29,780 nucleotides of DNA. Origin: Fibrobacteria bacterium (GTDB lineage Bacteria > Fibrobacterota > Fibrobacteria > UBA11236). The notes under the pieces were generated by a model that saw nothing but the letters and a program-made list of their open reading frames with translations, was not told where the DNA came from and did not search any database. This document shows, in pieces, positions 1 to 7,694 of this stretch (position 1 is the stretch's first letter; every line of letters begins with the position of its first letter). The stretch is from positions 1-29,780 of the forward strand of contig JAYTHY010000082.1 in NCBI GenBank assembly GCA_043732185.1, read 5' to 3'. The position numbers and the translations under genes were made by a program.

Positions 1-39
1 GTTTCCATAAAGTAACCGTTTAGCAGGACTCGGCTGATT

Positions 40-1278
40 TCATGCCTCGCGTTTAAAGCCGATCACAAAATCAAGCGTCTTTTCCGACTTCAATTCTTCC
101 CGAATTTCTATGAGCTTACCGTTTTTGCGCAAAGACGCCTTTAGCGTTTCAAAATCGGTTCCGTACTGCTCCGCCATCTCCTTGACGCGCTCATCGACTT
201 CTTCGCTGGTCGGTTTGATCTTTTCCAATTTGGCGATCTCTTCCAGAATGCGATAGCGACGGATATTGAAAGCCGCTTCCTGTTCCAGATCGGAATGGTC
301 ATGGCCATGATCTTCGTTCTCATGTTTATGGCCCTGTTGTTCCAGTTTGTAATGGACGTAATTCTGAATGCGGGCTTTGGGAATCTCGAAGGTGTTGGCT
401 GTCATCAAGGTGCGCATGGCCTCTTCGTAAGCCTCTTCCTTGGCGCGGTGCAAAGACTGTTTGCCGAGATCTTCGCGGATGCGCGCCCGAAAAACCTCCA
501 AGCTCTCAAAGCCATAGCCAATAGCGAATGCATCGTCCAGTTCAGGCAGCTTGACTTCATTCACTTCCACAATACGGAGGTTGTATTCCGATTGCTTGCC
601 AGCAAGATTGGGTTGGCGATAATCATCGGGAAAAGTAAAGCGGACATGCTTTTCTTCACCTGCGCTGCTGCCTATCAAAGCCGTATCCATTTCCGCCAAG
701 CTGCCCGCGCCTAGCTCAATGCGGAATTCTTTTTGCTGAGGCAGGGGGCGATTTTCACCGTCGATGGCAATGCTCAAGTATTCGGCCAACACCACATCGC
801 CCAATGCCGCAGGACGATCCACTTTGGATTCTTCGCCCTTGCGCTTGCGCAGCATTTCTATTTGTCCGTCCACGTCCGCATCGGTAATTTCCGAAGGATG
901 CACGGGAATGGAAAGCTGATAATCCTTTATGACTAAGGGGGCGTCCACTTCCATAATGGCTTTAACCATAATGGGCTTGCCCGCCTCGTTTTCCAGTTTG
1001 TCGATACGACCGGGAGCAATGGGCTCGATGTTGTGCTCTTTGCAGGCTTCCTTGATAACCTCTTCCACCAAGGCTTCCATGGATTCGGCATTGATTGGGT
1101 CCTTGAAGCGCTTGGCAACCACGTCCTTGGGAACCTGACCTGGGCGGAAGCCGTTGAGGCGTACTTCTTTGGTGTATTTCTTGACCTTCTGATCAAAAAT
1201 CTTGTCGAAACGTTCCCGGGGAATTTCAATATCAATCACCCGTTCTGTACTGCTCGATTCGCTGATAATGGCTTTCAC
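40..1278 (-). CDS. tig: Trigger factor (ribosome-associated chaperone/PPIase)
   Basis: 412 aa; N-terminal ribosome-binding motif GFRPGQVP; FKBP-like middle domain (AALGDVV...FTFPDDY); helical C-terminal domain; GTG start preceded by AAGGAAAGG. Confidence 0.97.
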   Translation of the reverse strand: MKAIISESSSTERVIDIEIPRERFDKIFDQKVKKYTKEVRLNGFRPGQVPKDVVAKRFKDPINAESMEALVEEVIKEACKEHNIEPIAPGRIDKLENEAGKPIMVKAIMEVDAPLVIKDYQLSIPVHPSEITDADVDGQIEMLRKRKGEESKVDRPAALGDVVLAEYLSIAIDGENRPLPQQKEFRIELGAGSLAEMDTALIGSSAGEEKHVRFTFPDDYRQPNLAGKQSEYNLRIVEVNEVKLPELDDAFAIGYGFESLEVFRARIREDLGKQSLHRAKEEAYEEAMRTLMTANTFEIPKARIQNYVHYKLEQQGHKHENEDHGHDHSDLEQEAAFNIRRYRILEEIAKLEKIKPTSEEVDERVKEMAEQYGTDFETLKASLRKNGKLIEIREELKSEKTLDFVIGFKREA

Positions 1279-1307
1279 TGTATTGCCTTTCCTTTTGATT
1301 CAATTAG

Positions 1308-1387
<80 letters not shown>

Positions 1388-1428
1388 GTGACACTGTTTT
1401 CCGTTTTTAGGGCATTAGGCTCTTTAAC

Positions 1429-3021
1429 CTAAGTCGGAGTCCCCTGACTGATTTCCTCTTGCGTTTTAGAGGAGAAAATTTTGAACTCGGAAAAGTTCGA
1501 GTTTTCATCTTCAACAAGCTGGATTCGGGTGTTATGGGATTTTTCCCAATATTTGAAAATGGCCGCCCGATTGTCGACCACATGATTGATCATTTCCGGG
1601 TGAAGGGCCATGATGATTTCCTTGTCGCCGCGTTTGGCGCGGTAACGACGCAACCAGCGATCAATGGAGCCCACCACGCTTTCCTTGGAAGGAATGTATC
1701 CGTCGCCTTTGCAGGTGGGGCAAACATTGCTCTGCTCCTTGACTACGTTGGGACGCACCCTTTTGCGGGTGATTTCCATGAGGCCGAATTGAGACAGATT
1801 GGAAAATGAAACCGGTGACTTGTCGACGCGAATCGCCTTCTTAAATTCCCGGACCAAATTTTCCTTGTCCTCTTCCTCATCCATATCGATAAAGTCAACG
1901 ACAATGAGTCCGCCCAAATCTCTAAGGCGCATTTGCTTGGCCACTTCCCAAGCCGCATCGATATTGGTCTCATTGATATTCTTACCCTGATCCTTACCGC
2001 GGACCTTGCCTCCGGTATTGACGTCAATGGAGACCAAGGCTTCGGTCTGATCGATTATGAGGTAGCCGCCCCGCTTTAGCTGCACGCGGCGGGCAAAGGT
2101 TTTCTCCAGTTCTTCTTCAATACCGAAATGGTCGAAAAGCGACAGGTCGCCGGTATACAGCTTAACCTTGTCGACAACTTCTCCGGACAGAACCTTTAAA
2201 TAACTGACCACGGATTTGTGTTCATTTTTATCATCGATCCACACCGAGTCCACGTCCTCAGAAAAATAATCCCTCAGCGTGGTCTCGCTCGAATCGGATT
2301 CTTGATGCACCAAAGCTGGAGCCTCTACCTGTTCGCTTTGGGTTCTGCACGTCACCCACTTGGATTCCAAATCTTTTATTTGAATCGCGAATTCATTTTC
2401 GTTCTCATTGAGGCCAATGGTCCGCACGATATAGCCACAATCCGGAGATTTCAAATCCCGGATGAGCTTCTTGAGATTACGGCGCTGCTGGGGATCGCGG
2501 CTTTTTTTGCTCACACCGATAAAATCAGTGCCAGGCATGCACACCAGAAACCGGCCGGCAAAGGAAAGGTGGGCAGAAAGCCTTGGTCCCTTGGTGCTGA
2601 TAGGTTCCTTAGTTACCTGAACGAGAATTTCCTGACCTACCTTGAGAAGCTGGTCGATGGACTTGCCTTCATCTTGGCGGGCAGCGGGCTTATCGCCATC
2701 GTCATCATCATAGTCATCCAGGTTCGGGCGTCCGGCGACATCTTCGACATGGAGGAATCCGGCTTTTTCCAAACCAATATCGACAAAAGCCGCCTGCAAT
2801 CCAGGCAGGACCGCGTTGACTTTGCCCTTATAAATGTTGCCGACCAAGCGATTGCTTTCCGGCCTTTCGTAGACGATTTCCGCTAATCGACCATCTTCAA
2901 GAATGGCAATGCGCTTTTCATAGGGCCTGACATTGATCAGGATTTCCCTTTTGGATTTGGGCGGGCGGTTGAGCTGGTTTGATGCAGGTCTACCTCCGCT
3001 CTTTCTGATGGCTTTCTCCAT
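1429..3021 (-). CDS. rng: Ribonuclease E/G family (Rne/Rng) endoribonuclease, RNase G-like length
   Basis: S1 domain (VGNIYKGKV..VLPGLQAAFVDIG), QVTKEPISTKGPRL, catalytic-region IDVNTG and GGLIVVDFIDM, Zn-link CPTC. Confidence 0.93.
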   Translation of the reverse strand: MEKAIRKSGGRPASNQLNRPPKSKREILINVRPYEKRIAILEDGRLAEIVYERPESNRLVGNIYKGKVNAVLPGLQAAFVDIGLEKAGFLHVEDVAGRPNLDDYDDDDGDKPAARQDEGKSIDQLLKVGQEILVQVTKEPISTKGPRLSAHLSFAGRFLVCMPGTDFIGVSKKSRDPQQRRNLKKLIRDLKSPDCGYIVRTIGLNENENEFAIQIKDLESKWVTCRTQSEQVEAPALVHQESDSSETTLRDYFSEDVDSVWIDDKNEHKSVVSYLKVLSGEVVDKVKLYTGDLSLFDHFGIEEELEKTFARRVQLKRGGYLIIDQTEALVSIDVNTGGKVRGKDQGKNINETNIDAAWEVAKQMRLRDLGGLIVVDFIDMDEEEDKENLVREFKKAIRVDKSPVSFSNLSQFGLMEITRKRVRPNVVKEQSNVCPTCKGDGYIPSKESVVGSIDRWLRRYRAKRGDKEIIMALHPEMINHVVDNRAAIFKYWEKSHNTRIQLVEDENSNFSEFKIFSSKTQEEISQGTPT

Positions 3022-3086
3022 TGGCTCCGCTTAATTTGAAAGTGTTGTTGGATTTTTTTTAAAATTTCTTGCATAAAAGATAAAAC

Positions 3087-3165
3087 CAGGCCCTCTTAGA
3101 CCCAGCCCCATCTTTGCTTTATGGGAGTAAAGGTAAAAATAGTACTGGGTCTGGGAAGGGACCTG
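3087..3165. other. Long imperfect inverted repeat between the DUF1080 gene and rng (terminator or leader structure)
   Basis: CAGG-CCCT...AGACCCAG (3087-3105) pairs with CTGGGTCT...AGGG-A-CCTG (3145-3165), with an inner stem; on the minus strand it is followed by GTTTTATCTTTT. Confidence 0.6.
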
Positions 3166-3204
3166 AGGCTGAAATCGACGTAAAAAGGGGGCTTATTTCG
3201 CCAA

Positions 3205-4212
3205 TTAAAGGGCGTAAACCTTTCGAACGTAGGATTCCTTCGCGTTCGACAGGGTCACGATGTAGAGCCCGGATTGGCCAAGCGGGATTTCAAAATTGGC
3301 CACGGGTCCGATTCCATTCATGGTTTTGAGGATTCTTCCATCAATGCCTGTGACTTTAACCGAGAATTTTCCCGCTTTCGGTACACTAAATGAAACTGCG
3401 TGGAGACCGCCACTCACCGTTGAATAGGCCGAACTATGCACTTGGTTTGTCCCGACGACCTGCTGTATTGCGTCAAGATTCCGCATCTTGATGTTTTTGA
3501 ATTCCAATTTGAGCGTGGTTTCATATTGTATAGCGATGAGACCAGGGGAAGTTTGAGCGACGTCCGTCGCCTCTGTAAACTTATACTTAGAACATTCCTT
3601 CATGGTGGTTTTGACGGCAAAGCCATTCGGGTAATACAGCATGTAGGCCGTGTCGTTGGAAACCCTATAGCCCAAGTCCTGCCAAAGCGTACCCGTAAGC
3701 TTGCAAGCGGAAATAGCCGTTGCATAGCGATTGTTACCGCTGTTCCAAACGTCGCCCGTATAGGTGGGGCCTAAATCTATCTGAGGGCCGAATACCTTGT
3801 AGCCCTCTGCAGCGCCACCGCATAAATTGGCCACGGAGCCTGACCCACAATGTCCGCGCGCGTTAAAGCCAGAATTTCCATTAGGATTGGCCACCATATG
3901 GTAGGAGAATTGAATTTCAAAATTTTTCTGGACGGGATTGGTCTGCCATTTCCAGACTAGGTTGTTCCATCCCGGCGCGGTTTGGGCCAATCCGTCCGTC
4001 GTGATCATGGCGCTGTCCGTCCCAGGATATTTAACCCCCCAATTGCTGGCATGTGGCCAGAAATAAGACGTATCCAAATTGGTCTTATTCCACATGTTAA
4101 AAAAGCTCGTGTCATTCGTGTGCCAAACGGTTCCGGGTATTGTGGAAAAAACAGGGGTGATACCCATCAATAATCCCAATAATGCTGACTTGAGTGCGGT
4201 TCGATTGTTCAT
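3205..4212 (-). CDS. Secreted DUF1080 (3-keto-disaccharide hydrolase-like) domain protein with T9SS-like C-terminal sorting domain
   Basis: Signal peptide (MNNRTALKSALLGLLMGITPVFS); DUF1080-like motifs KNFEIQFSY, GNSG, GLIAIQ...LEFKNIKMRNL; CTD-like tail VKVTGIDGRIL...QSGLYIVTL...RKV. Confidence 0.65.
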   Translation of the reverse strand: MNNRTALKSALLGLLMGITPVFSTIPGTVWHTNDTSFFNMWNKTNLDTSYFWPHASNWGVKYPGTDSAMITTDGLAQTAPGWNNLVWKWQTNPVQKNFEIQFSYHMVANPNGNSGFNARGHCGSGSVANLCGGAAEGYKVFGPQIDLGPTYTGDVWNSGNNRYATAISACKLTGTLWQDLGYRVSNDTAYMLYYPNGFAVKTTMKECSKYKFTEATDVAQTSPGLIAIQYETTLKLEFKNIKMRNLDAIQQVVGTNQVHSSAYSTVSGGLHAVSFSVPKAGKFSVKVTGIDGRILKTMNGIGPVANFEIPLGQSGLYIVTLSNAKESYVRKVYAL

Positions 4213-4239
4213 TGCTATGCTTCCTTCGCGACGTTCAGG

Positions 4240-5691
4240 CTAAATGGCTACTTGCGCGCGTAACACGTAGTACCATGAATTTACACCCGACATCACATCT
4301 CCGTATGACTTATCGAAACTATTAGCGTGAAATTGCATGACTTGCATATGATCCTTGGACGCCTTGGCGCTGATAGAGAACGATTTTCCGAAAGACTTCA
4401 TTGCGGAAATCGACCATTTCAGGTTATCATCTTTTACAATATCACTACTGGAACTCAGTCCAAGATTGGAATAGGCTCTATTGGCCAAATTTGGGGTTGC
4501 CAATCCTTGGTAAGCCTGCATGTAATTTGAGTTTATATAGGGGTTTTTCCAGTATTCCACTTCCACGTTCAGCATATCCAATACTCCCAGGGTGGGCACC
4601 GCCATTCCCAACATAATGGGCATTCTATCCATCGGCTTTTCGTAAAAGACAGGGTAATTCTGGACACCCAACATGGCCCACTCTCCATAAAATCTCAAGT
4701 CAACGTTTTCCCCTAAAATGGGTTTGAAATCGAGGGAAAACCGTGCCATTAGCATCTGGCCTTTTAAGCTGTAGTAGCTCAGGCCGGATACTCCCTTTGG
4801 CATAAGGCTGTCAATGGACCCGGAATCCACATAAGTGACCAGAGAATCCGCTTTTTTTGCGATTGTGGAATCCAAGGCTGTTGATTTATCGCTCAAGTAG
4901 TGGCTAGAGTTCGCCAGGTACTTCTTTCCATTAGCATAATAGGTAAAGTACGCGTTTTCTTTAATTTTGTAGGCGCTCAATTCCGGTTGAGTAGGTATTA
5001 ACCGGAACAGATTAACGCCGGCGCCCACTGTCAAAATCGGATTGATTTTAAAGCTGGTGACGTAAGCCAGGCTAAAGTCATACAGAGGAAATGTGGAAGT
5101 AGCGCTGGTTACCAAAACATCGTTTTTCCAACTCCCTCCCGCAAAATTAAAGCTCAACATACTCCCTAAAATATTGGCTTGGGCCGCATTGACCAGATCA
5201 AATGGGGAATTCAAAACACTGTTCGGATATGGGGTGGAACGGAAGAGGTATTCGCCAAGTTCTTTGCTGTCCGGATTGTACTTGTACGGCATTTGGCCGA
5301 ACTTCAGGACCAAGGTGGGATCTTTCAAATCGCCCCAGGTATACGAGCCTGAAGCTTGTACCATAGCCACGGCGGGATACACCTCGTTTTGATAACCGGC
5401 CGGGTGCTGGCCGCTATCCGAGGGAATTGAAAAGAGCGTCGCACCGAGGCCAAAAACTAGGTCGGTCCTGTCATTGACGGTGGCGCTTCCAAAAATCCAT
5501 CCGGTAGGCCGTACCATGAGCAGAGGCAATCCGTATGCGGCATCCTGATCCAGAGTGTTAATCGGATGAAACATCTGGGTCTCTTCTAAAGACATGCCGA
5601 AATGTACAGGGTGCCGGACAACATCAGCCGACAAAGCCGTAACCGACAATAAAGCAAATCCTAAAACAACCCGACTTATGCCAAAATTCAT
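4240..5691 (-). CDS. Putative outer-membrane beta-barrel protein of unknown function (paralog 1)
   Basis: Signal peptide; alternating hydrophobic strands; motif GQMPYKYNPDSKELGEYLFRSTPYP; amphipathic last strand WYYVLRAQVAI; RBS AAGGAG; collinear with 5725..7158. Confidence 0.7.
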   Translation of the reverse strand: MNFGISRVVLGFALLSVTALSADVVRHPVHFGMSLEETQMFHPINTLDQDAAYGLPLLMVRPTGWIFGSATVNDRTDLVFGLGATLFSIPSDSGQHPAGYQNEVYPAVAMVQASGSYTWGDLKDPTLVLKFGQMPYKYNPDSKELGEYLFRSTPYPNSVLNSPFDLVNAAQANILGSMLSFNFAGGSWKNDVLVTSATSTFPLYDFSLAYVTSFKINPILTVGAGVNLFRLIPTQPELSAYKIKENAYFTYYANGKKYLANSSHYLSDKSTALDSTIAKKADSLVTYVDSGSIDSLMPKGVSGLSYYSLKGQMLMARFSLDFKPILGENVDLRFYGEWAMLGVQNYPVFYEKPMDRMPIMLGMAVPTLGVLDMLNVEVEYWKNPYINSNYMQAYQGLATPNLANRAYSNLGLSSSSDIVKDDNLKWSISAMKSFGKSFSISAKASKDHMQVMQFHANSFDKSYGDVMSGVNSWYYVLRAQVAI

Positions 5692-5724
5692 CTAGGCTCC
5701 TTGAACCAACAATTCAATTCCTGT

Positions 5725-7158
5725 TCAGATGGCAACTTGCACTCGAAAAACGTAATACCAAGAACCTTTGCGGGACATGACGTCACCGTAGGATTTTCCA
5801 GGGAATCCGGCTTGCATTTCTTGCATGGCCTGTAAATGATCATTCGCCGCCTTGGCTGTTACAGAAAGTGAACCACCAAATGATTTGGTTGCCGATACAG
5901 ACAGCTTAAAATCATCATCCTTGACAGGGTCATTGATCGATTTCAGTCCAATATTGGTGTAGCTCGTTGGGGTCGGATCCGGTGTTCCCAATCCGCCGTA
6001 AGAGGTTTTGAAAGTCGAGTTTAAATACGGGTTTTTCCAGTATTCCATTTCCACGTTGAATGCATTCAGAATCCCCATGGTTGGGATATTCAATCCGACC
6101 ATCATGGGCATTCTCTCCATGGGCTTTTCATAGAATACAGGGTAATTCTTTACGCCCAATAAGGACCATTCGCCGTACAGTTTTAGCGGAACCATATCGC
6201 CAAGAATCGGTTTGAAGTCTACCGAGAATCGGGCCATTAACAACTGGCCTTTTAACGAGTAATAGTTCACATCGGACACACCGGCAGGCAAGGAATCTGG
6301 CTTATTTGAAATAGCCTGATTTCCGGTATTCGCAATGAGGGAATCCGCAGGCGATCCTGCATAATACTCTGCATTTGTCGAATATTTTTTTCCATTCGCA
6401 GCGGTGAAATAAGCGTTTAGGACATCACCTTTATAAGTGGTCACCGTGTGTTGCACAGGAATCAGGCGGAAAAGATTAATACCTGCGCCTACTTCTAAGA
6501 TAGGGTTGATTTTATAATTGGTGACATAGGCCAGACTGAAGTCATAGAGTGGAAAGGATGAAGTGGCACTAGTGATTAAGAAATCGTTTTTCCATTGTCC
6601 ACCAGCCAAGTTCGCGGTTAACATAGTGGTTAAAATGTTGGCCTGAGCGGCGTTCACGAGATCAAAAGGGGAGTTCAAAACCGTGTTCGGGTAAGGCGTG
6701 GAACGGAACAGATATTCACCGAAATCTTTGGCGTCAGGGCTATACTTATATGGCATCTGACCAAAGGACAGCTTCAAAACCGGGTCCTTGACATCCCCCC
6801 AGGCATAAGAGCCGGAAGCCTGCACCAACGCGACGGCCGGGAAGTATTCGTGCTTGTAACTGCTGGAACCCGGGACCTTACCATCATTATCACGAGGCAG
6901 AGAAAAAGCGGTTGCACCTAGCCCAAATACCAACGACACGCGTTCATCAATAGTGGCACTTTCAAAAATCCATCCCGTGGGCCTGAGCATGGTCACGGGT
7001 ATATCAAAATTGGTTCCCTGGTACTGGTTCATTTTGTGAAGCTGGAATCCCTCTAGGGCCATTCCCACATTCACCGGATTCCTTACCACATCTGAGAACG
7101 GGGTCGCAGAAAGCAATCCCGAAAGTAGAACAATGCTTGTTCCGACTCCGAACTTCAT
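5725..7158 (-). CDS. Putative outer-membrane beta-barrel protein of unknown function (paralog 2)
   Basis: Signal peptide; GQMPYKYSPDAKDFGEYLFRSTPYP; last strand WYYVFRVQVAI; RBS TAAGGAG. Confidence 0.7.
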   Translation of the reverse strand: MKFGVGTSIVLLSGLLSATPFSDVVRNPVNVGMALEGFQLHKMNQYQGTNFDIPVTMLRPTGWIFESATIDERVSLVFGLGATAFSLPRDNDGKVPGSSSYKHEYFPAVALVQASGSYAWGDVKDPVLKLSFGQMPYKYSPDAKDFGEYLFRSTPYPNTVLNSPFDLVNAAQANILTTMLTANLAGGQWKNDFLITSATSSFPLYDFSLAYVTNYKINPILEVGAGINLFRLIPVQHTVTTYKGDVLNAYFTAANGKKYSTNAEYYAGSPADSLIANTGNQAISNKPDSLPAGVSDVNYYSLKGQLLMARFSVDFKPILGDMVPLKLYGEWSLLGVKNYPVFYEKPMERMPMMVGLNIPTMGILNAFNVEMEYWKNPYLNSTFKTSYGGLGTPDPTPTSYTNIGLKSINDPVKDDDFKLSVSATKSFGGSLSVTAKAANDHLQAMQEMQAGFPGKSYGDVMSRKGSWYYVFRVQVAI

Positions 7159-7522
7159 CTTATCTCCTTATGATTCATTTCGAGGCCAACGCAAAAATCG
7201 CAATCCTGTAGTGTAGAAAAATTACTGTCGTTTTCGGAAGGCCTGGCCAAAAAAATGAACCCGATTTTGTAAGGCATGGACTTGTGCATGTGGTTTAATT
7301 TAAATGATTCTGTGGGTCATTTTGATATGTTTTTTGATTTTCACTTTCGGAATTTCGCCCAAAACGTGACCGCGTGGATTTTGGATGGCACCCAGCTCCA
7401 TATGAGAGTAACCGGATAACAGACCTATTTAATTTAAGCATCAGGGAAAGCCACAAGACTGTCCTGTTTGGAATTAACGGAATTAGGGCCGAAGGGTACG
7501 ATTTCCGTAACGAGTAAAGATC

Positions 7523-7563
7523 AATAAAAGGGTGGGGAGCGATTTCCTCGGAACGCCCCATCC
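7523..7563 (-). terminator. Putative intrinsic terminator downstream of sprA
   Basis: Minus strand GGATGGGGCG-TTCCGAGGAAAT-CGCTCCCCACCC followed by TTTTATT; the stem is imperfect. Confidence 0.45.
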
Positions 7564-7694
7564 ATCCTCGAAAGGATACCCGTTGGGCGCAGCGCAGACT
7601 TTTACCCATAAAGCTGATGCTTGCCAGCAACGTCCCACGTGCTCATGGTGGATTACGATTGTTTTTGAACTTATCCCTGTCGTAATTCCTAGAC

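Noticed and set aside
1..8. Possible start (ATGGAAAC, minus strand) of the next gene, perhaps clpP by usual synteny
   Set aside because: Only 8 nt are visible, so it cannot be supported.
7295..7630. 111-aa ORF in the sprA-barrel intergenic region
   Set aside because: TTG start without an RBS, no recognisable protein features, and it runs through a terminator-like hairpin; probably spurious.
7159..7694. Known riboswitch (for example c-di-GMP-I) or CRISPR array in the long intergenic region
   Set aside because: No aptamer consensus and no regularly spaced repeats recognised; the TTTAATTTAA duplicate at 7294 and 7428 is low-complexity.
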